DNA of 64,000 nt from Octopus vulgaris. Taxonomy: Eukaryota. Positions 52,446 to 64,000 of this stretch are shown in pieces (positions within the stretch are counted from its first letter, which is position 1; each line of letters begins with the position of its first letter). The position numbers were made by a program, and so were the translations under genes. The DNA lies in assembly GCA_951406725.2 (NCBI GenBank), contig OX597814.1, forward strand, positions 158,782,001 through 158,846,000. Reading direction: 5' to 3'. The notes beneath the pieces were generated by a model. The model was not told the origin of the DNA. It searched no databases and saw nothing but the letters and a program-made list of their open reading frames with translations.

Positions 52446-52822
52446 TATATATACATATATATATATTGAGTTGAAACCCCCTTCGATCACGACTGACCAT
52501 GGGATTGCACCTAGAAAGCTACCCTCCCAGGCACAAGTCCGGGCAAGGTTGTTTATGGAAGACCAGCAGTCACCCATGCATATCAGCCTCCCCTCTCCAC
52601 GCTACCAGTGTTATCTAAGGGAAAGGCAAAGGCTGATACAGCTTGGCACCTGTGACGTTGCAACTCATTTCTACAGCTGAGTGAACTGTAGCAACGAGAA
52701 ATAAAGGTCGTGCTCAAGAACACAACATGCAACCCGGTCCGGGATTTGAACTCACAACCTCACGATCATAAGCTTGATGCTCTAACCACTGAGCCATGTA
52801 CCTCACTCATATATGTATATAT

Positions 52823-54008
52823 ACTAGCTTAAGGTGACCTGCTCTATGCGTGGGTGATGGTGTGGTTGTTACTTTTTGCTGCTTCCTTTCTGTTTCTTAT
52901 CGCTACATTCTCCCTCTTTATTTCTCTCTCCTTTCTCTCTCACTTTCCCACTCTCTTACTCTTCTTTTCTCTCGGACTCTCCCTCACTTTCTCTTACTCT
53001 CTATCTTTCTCTATCTATCTCTCTCCCATTTATAAAGAACAAAGATCTTGAGTAAGCTGAGAAAGAAAATATTTTGAAAGATCAATCATAAATATCAGGC
53101 AGTGACAATGGAAAGGTATGCTTCAAGGCGGACAGCAAAACACTAACATTTAAAAGGGACAGACGAACTGAATAAAAATTTTAAAATATTGGAAACCAAA
53201 GTTTGAATGGATAGAATCTGGGGATAGTAGACTCACCATTGATGGCATTCAAAACTTCTTAATGATGGACAGCAACATTTAACAGCAGTTTAACAGCTGG
53301 CACAAAATTTTGAACTTGATGTAAAAGAAAATTCCTAAACACCAAGTTTTGAAGTGATTCTTTCTCACAATGGTAGACTCACCATAGCAAGCATTCAAAA
53401 CTTCTTTATGACGGACAGCAACACATTGACGATTTAAAGGCTGGTGCAAATTTTTTAGCTTGATATAACAGAGAATTCCTAAACACCCCCCTCATGTAAA
53501 TTTTAATCCCCTTACAGTCCCATTTAGACCCCTTTTCACATAAAAGTCCAATTTGTGTCAACGTAATAATTCACTGTTCTAAGAGACCTGTAGTGGGAAT
53601 ATTTAAACTTTTGTAGCTGTCAACGCTTTCTCTCTATAGATACAGACAGATGTACAGTGAGAGAAGTGGTGGGAGAAAGAGTGACAGAGAGACGGCGAAG
53701 CTGTCAAACGTCATTATAGAGAGAAAGTGGAGGGAAGGAAGGAAAGAGAGAGAAAGAGGAAGACAGAATGATATGCGAAAGAGGGAAACAACAAACACTT
53801 GTCAAGTGTTTATTATTGTTTTACTTGTTTCGGTATTATAACCTGATTTCATTTGGGTCTACACGGGCCACATTTTAAAAGATGAGGAATTTTTCCCTAG
53901 AGGCCATGCCTTTCAAATGAGCAAACTCAAAGTTGCCATGCAAACTTGCTAGCACTTTTAACATAGGTGTGCATATTTTCAGCTCAATCCGACCACATAT
54001 GCACACAT

Positions 54009-54047
<39 letters not shown>

Positions 54048-54107
54048 ATACGCATTAAATATGTACATATATACGCATTATATATACATGTCTACACATA
54101 TACACAC

Positions 54108-54138
<31 letters not shown>

Positions 54139-54370
54139 AGGTGGGGGGAAGGAAGGAAAGAGAGAGATGGAAGAAGACAGACTGATATGCAAAAGAGAGA
54201 AATGACAAATACTTGTCAAAGTGTGGGTTTTGTTGCCCTAGTAACCACAGTTTTTAAGATAGGGATTTGTAACCTAGTCCACTCACTTGCTCACCTCTTT
54301 TTACATGTTCCCGTAAATTTTGGAGCCAATCCGACCCCATCTAGTGCCCCTTAACCCATTCCAGTCGTAA
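52823..54370 (+). mobile_element. Putative non-autonomous Helitron/Helentron-like element with internal repeats
   Basis: Begins ACTAGC...GACCTGCTCTATGCGTGGG (short hairpin near the 5' end) at a TA run; internal direct repeats 53227-53343/53373-53487 and 53745-53808/54160-54223. The family call is an inference. Confidence 0.4.
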
Positions 54371-54384
54371 TATATATATATAGC

Positions 54385-56129
54385 CAGGAAATCACTGATC
54401 AAAGAGATGAAAGATACATAGAATCCATAAGCAGGAAGTTTTGATAGTAGATTTATGTTTCTGATACATGTAAGTTTTGTTTTAATCATGAGCAACAATA
54501 CTGCTTTCTATAAATTTCTGCAGCATGAGTGCCAACTGGTCACAAGTAAATCTAGTTTTATAAAAGTAGGTCACAAGTAAATCTAGTTTTATAAAAGTTG
54601 TATTGCAAGAGAAGTGGAGAAGGTAGCTCTTCAAAGCAGTCCCCTCATCTTTACAATGTTGTTAGTATGATAGAATGATAGAAGTTAGTGTGAAGGTAGT
54701 TGACAGGATCAGAATCCTTACCTTTCTTTGGAGAAGTGCATTGGGATATAGCTCACTAAATACTGGACTATATCTCACTACAAAGAAGATAGAAGTTTCA
54801 ATGACTACAGAGGATAATGAAATGAACATTGTTAATGCAGATAAAATTTTTGACTTGAAGTGACCAGAGGCATTTTCCCTCTTGGCATAGTGCTGAACCT
54901 GGTAGAGTTAAATTAGTTTTGGAGGAAATTTAGCTAGTGTATGCAGTATGGTGTTGAAATGGATTCTTTTTCATGAGCATTGAGCATAGAACCATCATTC
55001 TTGAAAAGTGGAGAAAAGGTAGTTTCCACAAAATAGGTTGAGATAATAAAATCCCTAGTTTACAGTTGGAAACCTTGTGTGTTTGGTGATACACAGAAGC
55101 ATCCTTTGCTAATTAAGATGGGGGTCTTTCAGGAGCTGCAATGAAGGAAGAAAGCAGTACAATTTGAATGCCTGGGTAATTTTCTCTAAGCATTGTAAGC
55201 TGTTTTTTAACTGAATACCTGCTGCTACTCTTTGTGTGTGTGTGATATATACAATAACATACTTAAGACAATGGTTTTGGTTACCCACCTAGTTGTTTTT
55301 GGTGGGACAAGGGTGAAGCATATGTGCTGCCAGAAATAGCATATATCTGGTGGAGTTTCAACTTATTAGTTGGCTTGAAATGCCATAGGATTTGCAAGGT
55401 GTGGGTTTGTGTAAAATGTGGATGTGTAAATAGTTATGATAATCCAGTGGTGGGACTATCTGAGAGATAGAGAGAGGATGATAATCTGGTAGATGTTGGG
55501 TTTGGAAATGAGAAAGAGACTAAGGATGTATGGTGTGATTATGCATCAGCCGGGGATGCAAATAGGTGATGGAACTAGTTGATATATAGTTGAAAACAAA
55601 TAGGTAATGAAAATAGTTGATATATATATATAGTAAAAGACTGGGAAAAATTTGGTTTCTAATTGGCAGCATCAGTAATGGGTGAATGTGAAAACCTAGA
55701 ATTTTGAGTGTTGGGATCACCAAGGATAATGATTTCAAATGGGGTGAATAAAGTGAAACGGATGTCATTGATGCAAAACATAATATGATGAAAGAGTTTT
55801 TAGTTGTTGGGGGAGCTCAAAGAAGGGTAGAGAAAACAAATCTGTTTAGCAGAATATGAGTGAAAGATTTTGAACCTGAATAACTGGAGGTCTTTTTTGC
55901 TGATAGTTAGATGGAAGAAGTGGGTGAGTGGAATCCAGATTTTCAGACATCACCTTTTTCTTGAGTAAAATATGAGTAGAAATTGTAGCATGAACAGCAG
56001 CGACTGATTATAGATAAAGTTTAAGAGATTTTTGTCTTAGAGGTGAATAGAATGCATGGTCTGTGTGTTAGCAAAAAGTAATATGTTGAGTCTCAACTGG
56101 AGTGCACAGATGTTATATGAACAATGGGT
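54385..56129 (-). pseudogene. Decayed APE-RT LINE (Nimb/Jockey/CR1 group)
   Basis: EIIILGDP-like endonuclease motif, PKKGKDSDPVNY, LTSII, and LLSKLPAYGFYVSFISLISDFL. Confidence 0.75.
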
Positions 56130-59100
56130 TTAGTTTTAGATTTTGTCATTTAGGCAAGGTTGTTGGGGCACTGTTAAGTTACAATAAGTCCCTGTCTGAA
56201 AGCTGGTCCAAATGAATATTTTTCAAAAATACTTTGATAATAGAATAGATAACTTAATCATTAAAAAGGCATATTAGCTGCTTTCAAAATAAACTTTAAC
56301 ACATACAAATAAATTACAATAGAAAGACAATGTCATGATAATAAATGATATATCAGAATATAATCAATGAAAGAGATATGTATTATTACTTCGTTTGTTA
56401 GAGAAAACAAAGCTGAAATTGAAATAGCATTTATATAAATTTTTATCAATGTATATCAAAACAAAAATTAAAATAAATTTTCTAGATTTTTATTCTATGC
56501 ATAAAGTGTATTTATTGCATATATACATTTAAATACATCAACAATATCTGCATATTGGTGCAGGGCTGGAGAAAAAATATTCATGCATTCTAAGTGTAAG
56601 AGTCCAGTTCACCAGGGAAATATCACAGCAATCACAGATGCAAGTATTATCAGCTTGGTAAAAAGGAAAGTAATCCCAATCGAAAGATTGAAGGGTAGAT
56701 CAAAGACCAGAAACACTTGGTTGCAGTATATTGGTTGTTTATTGAACATACAATTTGCAATAGTAATGTATTGATTCCAAATGCAGGTGGGAAAAGGTAT
56801 GGGAAAAGGTATGGGAAGAGAGTTTAACATTCTGGATTTTGAAGGACAACAAACATTCTAATTGAAAGGGAAATGTAGAGTAGCATATTTTAAGATTGTA
56901 CAATGGCTCAAGCAAAAAGTTGGTGGGCAGCATTCAGGAAGTCATATTTGTATGATTTTTTTTTTTTTCAGTTCTAAACAAATTCAGTTCTTCACCAATA
57001 AAAATCCAGTTGGTAATATCATATAGCACAAATTCTTATATTCAAAGGATAAAATACTGGAATTTATTGTTTACCAAACTTTTTTAAAATAGCAAATAAA
57101 ATTAATAGAAAATAACAATAATGAACATTAACTGTATCTATTGTTACTTATCAAAAAGTAATTTAAATATTTAAATACATTTTGTAAACGAAATCATTCG
57201 CATGTAAATATTTTGAATAGAAATATGTGTTAAATATGCATCATTTTATTGTTGCATCATTAAAATCACTGGCTTTTTGTCTGTAAAATATCTAAAGTCC
57301 CAGACTTTTCCCTATAATCAAGCACCTAAATCTCTTCTGCTTAAGTGCTTATATAAAACTTAATTTTAAACCAAAATATCAATTCCATTAGAAAATTAAA
57401 ATGCATGAGAATAATATAGTTCTGGAGTCACATGCAAGTTATAAACTCTAATACTAAATTATAAAAATAATCATGCTCTGCTAAATATCTATAAAGCCAG
57501 GTTAACATTTATCTAGTACTCAAAAGGACATTTTTTTTCATATCTATCTGAAATTGCAACATTTAAATAATATATTAAACTTTAGTGTTAAGTAATTAAT
57601 TTTAAAAAGGTAGTGTATGTATGTGTGTGTATATATATATATTCACACACATACATATATTGTGATTACAGAAGTATGGAATTTTGTTATTATTTACCTC
57701 TCTGGTTATTTAACCTAATTTAACTATTAATATGCATGATTATGATAACAAAATTCCACACTGTCTACCATGTTGATTTAATAAAAGTATGCTGATTTTT
57801 CAGTGTTTGATAATGCAATTCCCAAATGCAGTTTCATAAATAAATTACCAGCTTAGGCTTGCATCATCAAATAAGTTTAAAGCATATCACATCATTATAC
57901 AACATGGTGAAGCTTTAATTTGTAATTAGAATTTTTTTTTGTCAGTAATATGCAGTTTACTTTTTGATACTGCACCTAAAATAAAAATAGAAAAGGAGGA
58001 AATCAGAAATGCTACATATAAACAATATTCAAGGAGAAGTTTTTTAAGTCATCCTCAATAAAATAGTTAATTTACATACAGTTATGTTTACCTGAAAGTA
58101 ATTATAATTGAAATTTTAACTAAATATGTTGTAATGTATTACTTGTTTCTGTAAAACCTAATTAAAAACATTCTATATGATTGATAAAGCTCTTAAATTC
58201 ATTCATTTCAGTGCTTACTTCAGAAAATGAATTAATAATTAATTATAAAGCATACAAAATCGTTATGATTATCTTGGAAATATTTGAAAGAATAAATTTT
58301 ACAACTTCTCCTTGAAAAATTATCTACTAATTTGAAATGCTTACCAAAATGGATAAGTAAAGAAAAAATCACAACATTTAAATTTTTGTTAACATGCACC
58401 AACATATGCATTACAAGCACCAATAGCATTAATATATGCAGATGTATTTAATAAGCGAAAAAAGCTTTCAAATTTCAGCAGCATAAAAAAATTTCAAAAA
58501 TGAATACACTGATTGGTTGTCATGAATGGAAACTTCAATATTAGTCAGAGTTTTTAATGTTGCGCTGAAATATTTTCATTAAACCTTTGCAATTTTTTTG
58601 TTAAATATTTCTTTTTTCTTCTAGGTAGAACCAATGCTTAATCTTCTTAACACCACACTAACACTTTTTTTATGCATTAATGGGTTATCAGACTAACAAA
58701 AGAAATTTGTTTATAATTTATGACAGCAGTTCATATCCTTTAAACATGATCACTCCAATTCTCTTTTAGGGCTGAAACATTATCATGCTACATCAAAGGA
58801 ATCTTTTATTTAGGCTGTATGACCAGCTATTTCCTCAAAATGCTATCATCAAAAAGTAAGCCTAGTTTAAATATGATATATAAACTACAGATAAAACTGT
58901 ATTTAGAAAATTTTTAATTATTGAAAATTCAGTCATTCCCATATAAATAATTTATTCTTGTTTTTTTTTATAAAATTCTCTGGAACCCCCTCCTATGTTT
59001 TGTAAGATTGTCCAAGATAAATAAGGTAACACTTAATATTTATATATATTATGAATTATACAATACAATTAATCATAGCTTAAAAACATTTCTAAAAGTG

Positions 59101-61712
59101 TTGGACATTTAAAATGGGGCTGTTCTCTTTTAACATTGGTTTCTAATGTCACTACTCTGCTACACTTGGAGAAAGTTTATAACAAATATAGCATCCCCAA
59201 TATTTGACTGGCACTTCCTATTATCAATTCTGGAAGGATGAAAGGCAAAATATGCTCAGGTAACATTAACTTCATAATTGCTGTTTTAACACCACCTTCA
59301 AGTACCGGAGATATACTAACAAATTACCAAAATAGTGCTATTTTAAATATCAGCATAAAATAAATGATAATATATGAATGTTTAGAAACCTTGAAGATAT
59401 TTAAATATTATACTAAAGCAGATATAATGAACAATAAATAATAATTATCATGCAATATTACATATAAAGAAGCAAAGCAGTGAATAATGAGTATATACAT
59501 ATAAAACAATAGACATGTACATATATAATACTCATATGTTACAGCCAAGTAATTATTAAAATTATCAAAAGAAGCATATATATTCAATAACAAATTCTGA
59601 AAACTGAAATGAATTTTCAACAAAACAACTTGATTAATAGTGCATTAGCAAACATAAAAATGTAAATAATAACAAAAAATAATCTTCCAAACAATGTACT
59701 CTTAAACAGCATGATTGCAAAATGTTGTATTCTAAAAAAATATACTGTCCTTAAAAAGAATTTATTTAATTCACTAATTGATGAAAAATCTTTTTTTGTT
59801 CATTACTATTTTACTTATTCAAGTAAGTATTACAAAGTTCTACATAATCGTTGCTTACTTTCCTAACTATTTGTTAACTTTGTTTCATAGTTTTCATTAT
59901 TTTTCTTTTCGTCCCCATTTATATCAACTCACAATGTTTATTTATACCATTCATTGTACTTCCATTTCTTTGTTATTTACATTTCAACATCCTTTTAAAT
60001 TTGATATCAATCCTTTGTATTAAGCTTTAAATGAAAAATTGAAGTATCATACTTTAAAGGATGATTAACTTTATCATACTTCAGAGGATTTTAAACTTAT
60101 ATCAAAGTTTATTTATTGCTTTCTTACTTCATAAGGTAAAAGACTAGAAATTTTGATTAAACTAATAAAATAAATTCTATAATACTAATAATTTACAAAC
60201 ATAATTCAAATAACAATGTCAGTTTTGTAAGCAATTAATAAGGCACAAATGCAAGCATTAGATTTAACATTTTAAAACCAGGGTAAAATAAAAGAATCAT
60301 TCATTTCTATTCTACTAAGGATAAATATTTATCAGTAAATTGCATGAAATACAATTTTATTCTCAACTCAGTTTTACACAAAACTTTGTCTTGTGTGCGT
60401 TCAAAAGTAACCACAACACATGTAACTACTGAACTACATAGTCTAATATTAATTTGATATTCTAATAAGGTAAGGAAAATGTTCTTTATTTTGGAAACAA
60501 AATTTTACCTAGTATTTTCTATATTCTATATAACTTCTACGATATACATGCTGTCAAATTATTCATAAAAGTGAAACCGAGCTGATATTAACTTCTACTT
60601 ACCTGCTATTCATGGAGCTTATGAAACTTAGCAAACAGCCACAAACATACCGATTATCAACTAATATTTTGCTATTTCATATTACACATGCTCATAGAAA
60701 TTCAATTACAAAATTGGAGTTGAAGAACTCCCATATGTTTTCTTGAAACATATAAATGTTGCGATTATTTAGTCAAATATTTGCATAGTTAAACATTTCA
60801 TAACCAAATAACTTAAACTAAAAATATAAAGAATAGTAGAATACATGTAAAGACTAGTATAATACATGTAAAACTCACATGTAATAAAAACTGATATACT
60901 CTATTTAATCAACAGGTAATAATTTAAATTTAACGCTATATAATTTCAAATATATGAACACACATGTGTGTGCATGCACACACATACACACAAATATGTA
61001 CTGCTGTTTTATCTAGGTCCACAAAGATGCAGCCATCAATTTTCAATAAACTAAAGTAGCAATTGTAGATCTAGCATTCCAATAGTTTTATTCCATGTAT
61101 GTGCATGCACGTGCACAGGTGTATGCATACATGTGTGTGTTTGTGTGCATGTTTGTGTAACCTGTATATTATAGATCTCTAAGTAAACATGAAACAGTCA
61201 TGATAATCTGACTACAATCTCAATTCCATATGCACAAGCCTACTGATAATATTAAATATCTACTTTAATAATTTGTTAACCTATATATGGATTTAATGCA
61301 CTAGTTGTAGCATAATATACTTTCTCTTTGCTTTCTTCATAAGTTTGTATTAAAAATGATTTTACAGGTCAAATCACAAATATATCATATATATATAATA
61401 TATTAGCTATATAATGCATGTATATATATTAAAAAAAAACATACATATGTAATACAAATACATGAATACACACTTCAAATGTTCAATCCAAGCAGAAAAG
61501 ATAGTTTTGGCAAAATATGGCAAAAGTCCTTCAATCCCAAACAGTAAAGCCAATATAGGTGTGTGGTGTATTTTTATGATCAAGCTTATAATATATCAAA
61601 CTCAGTTGTTCATTATCATGCAAAGTCAAAAGTATTTAATTTGGATGGGTGATTGGTGTATATTAGTAGTCTTCAATAATATATCTCACGAACTCAAGCA
61701 CTAGTATCTCAC

Positions 61713-62015
61713 CTTTTGTCTGGTAATATAGAACTGGTGATGAAGGTATTGTATGACCTAGTGGATGTTCTCCACGGACGCGAAACATATAGTCTTTCGA
61801 TTTAGAAAGACCTGTTACTTTGTATTTTGTGTCAGTTACACCACTTGCAACTGTTGACCAGTCATATTTAGGTGGCTCCTGTTTTTCAATCATAAATGTC
61901 AGTTGTCTGTCTCCTCCCACAATAGCAGGTATTTCAACACGAGCCCATCTTAAAGCAAGTGAGTCATGGTCAACATCTGTTATCTCTGGCCGCTGAGCTG
62001 GAGCACGTGGTATAA
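61713..62015 (-). CDS. Internal FN3 exon of the same gene
   Basis: Acceptor tttttatag| at 62017-62016 and donor G|gtgag at 61712; 303 bp, phase 1-1. IPRAPAQRPEITDVDHDSLALRWARV...FMIEKQEPPKYDWSTVASGVTDTKYKVTGLSKSKDYMFRVRGEHPLGHTIPSSPV. Joins the 906 exon in frame (G+GT=Gly). Confidence 0.95.
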
Positions 62016-62896
62016 CTATAAAAAATAGTGATGATGGAAGTATGTAAATAACATAAATATTTTACAAATTAACACATTCAGAAAATTTATTATAATTTTT
62101 GTCTTCAGAAATCATGTAATCAACAATTTGAGAAAATAATGAATGTATAATTTTTTTTTTTATTTGCATTGGAGAACTCTAATGATTTTCACAAATGTGA
62201 AGATATATATAATGATGTGTGTGCTTGTGTGTTTCCAGATGATGAAACTCAGAGAAAAATTAGTAATATACATGCAATGTTAAATACTTAATTTTAACTT
62301 TCACCTGATGTTTTTCATTAACAAATTTCCCAGCCCAACTTCAGAAGACAAAATTAAAGGGAAACAACTATCCTACCCTGCTATCAGGAGGAAAACAAAG
62401 GAAAAGAAAACTAGATACTAAGTAGATGATACAACACTAAATCAATATATAACTATACATGTAAAAAATACAATTTGAATTTTAAAACATATCTGCTAAA
62501 TTAAAAATAGTTAAAAGGCTATCAAGATTTTGCTTAAAATTTTTTTTATCTATTAGTAGTGTCCATAGAAATTCTACTCCTTAAAATTCGCCCCACTTGG
62601 GAATATATCATGTCATTTCCTGCATAATCCATTGATTACTTTCTGTTTTTTTGCCTATAGTAGAAAGAGTTATTATGTGTGTGAGTGTGTGTATGTGCTA
62701 GTAGCATTTATTTGAATCTCACTTGTTTTATCACTGACATACATTTACCATTCAGTTTCTACAGTATAACATTTTATACCACAGGATTCAATAATTAGCA
62801 CTTAAGTATAAGATATTTAAATAACATATGCCAAAAATAGTTATAATATCTAAATATAAAAATGTTATATTTAAAGTATAACAAATAAGTTCAAAC

Positions 62897-63199
62897 CTGC
62901 AGATCTATAAAGAGCTACTGGATGTGAAGCCTCTAGACTTTCTCCAGACATTGTTTCAGGCCTGATTCGAAAATGATAATCACAGTTAGGTTTCAAGCCT
63001 GTGATTCTGTAGAAATTTTCAGTGACTCTTGTTGCATAACTTCTCCATTGATGACTTGGATATTCCCGAATTTCAATTGTATATCGCAACTGAATATTTG
63101 TATTATAAGATGAAATATAAAGCCGGCGCCATGATATCCAGACAGCTTGTGGTTCAATACCATACAATTGAGGTTTTTCAATGGGGCATTGTGGAACAA
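62897..63199 (-). CDS. Internal FN3 exon of the same gene
   Basis: Acceptor gttttag| at 63201-63200 and donor G|gtttga at 62896; 303 bp, phase 1-1. VPQCPIEKPQLYGIEPQAVWISWRR...YTIEIREYPSHQWRSYATRVTENFYRITGLKPNCDYHFRIRPETMSGESLEASHPV. Joins the 62015 exon in frame (G+TT=Val). Confidence 0.95.
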
Positions 63200-63379
63200 C
63201 TAAAACATAAAATGTAAAAGACATGTTACTTAAGCAAATAATATTACAACTTGATTAAAATTTTGTTATTTTTTTAAAAATCAGATAAAAATTATGCTCT
63301 GAATATTTTTGTCAGGAATGATATACTTAGAATCTCTTTCTCTTCTTTGAATAAAGAAATGATAGGAGGGTAATAACTG

Positions 63380-63570
63380 GTATAGTTATCATAATTAGAA
63401 CTACTTAAATAATGTCATAATGAAGTAGTTAATTGTTAAACAGGTGCTTACAAAAATTAATTCATGATTTAGGCAAAGTTAAATATTTCCAGAAACACTA
63501 ACATAAAAATATAAAAGAAAAGGTTTAAAACTCCAATGCATATATCTGTATATGTGTATACATAAATATA

Positions 63571-63608
<38 letters not shown>

Positions 63609-63949
63609 CGTGCGTGCGTGTGTGTGTGTGTGTGTGTATGTGTGTTTACAAAAATACTTAATTCTTTTTTGTCATATAAAGTTGCATCCATATTTTTCCA
63701 ACTAATTTGCAATATAAGTATTTCATGGATCTTATTGTCATGTATTATTAATATCAAAACAAGGTATTTCTACACATATATAGATATATGTATTGGAGTT
63801 TTAAACCTTTTCTTTTGTATTTTTATGTTTGTGTATCTGGAAATATTTAACTTTGCCTAATTCATGAATTGATTTTTGTAAGCAGCTGTTTAACAATTAA
63901 CTATTTCATTGTGACATTATTTAAGTAGTTCTAATTATGATAACTATAC
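63380..63949. repeat. Inverted repeat, ~180 bp arms (63380-63558 and 63771-63949), ~210 bp spacer with (TG)n
   Basis: GTATAGTTATCATAATTAGAACTACTTAAATAATGTCA... vs ...TGACATTATTTAAGTAGTTCTAATTATGATAACTATAC; about 90% identity. Confidence 0.92.
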
Positions 63950-64000
63950 TAAATATGCTAAAATATTTGTTGCACCATTCTAAGTCAAGGCTCGAATCAC

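Noticed and set aside
54538-54598. 31-bp-period exact tandem duplication
   Set aside because: Two units only inside a dead LINE; simple slippage, not a CRISPR-like or functional array.
56782-56827. Plus frame NAGGKRYGKRYGKRV resembling neuropeptide amidation and cleavage sites
   Set aside because: It arises from a 12-bp tandem duplication (GGGAAAAGGTAT); the frame is closed by a stop ~28 codons upstream and has no signal peptide or convincing acceptor.

Overview
AT-rich, microsatellite-dense animal DNA; the repeat content points to an octopus or other coleoid cephalopod (inference). The only host coding sequence is three symmetric phase-1 exons on the minus strand (63199-62897, 62015-61713, 906-598). 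Each encodes one titin/twitchin-type fibronectin type III domain, and they splice in frame across an 881 bp intron and an apparent ~60.8 kb intron (907-61712). That large intron is mostly transposon debris: an IR/DR Tc1 (DD34E) with an open transposase frame, decayed mariner and maT copies, a same-orientation stack of RLE-type R4/Dong-like retrotransposons in (TAA)n, RTE and other APE-type LINE remnants, several tRNA-derived SINE families, Penelope-like (GIY-YIG) fragments, and at least six fold-backs or long inverted repeats. The most unusual signal is five hammerhead-ribozyme-like motifs of the Penelope pLTR type, ranging from near-intact to truncated. All five lie on the host sense strand, and two share an identical palindromic stem III. 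Most short ORFs in the track are microsatellite or antisense artefacts. Boundaries of decayed elements and percent identities were judged by eye and are approximate.
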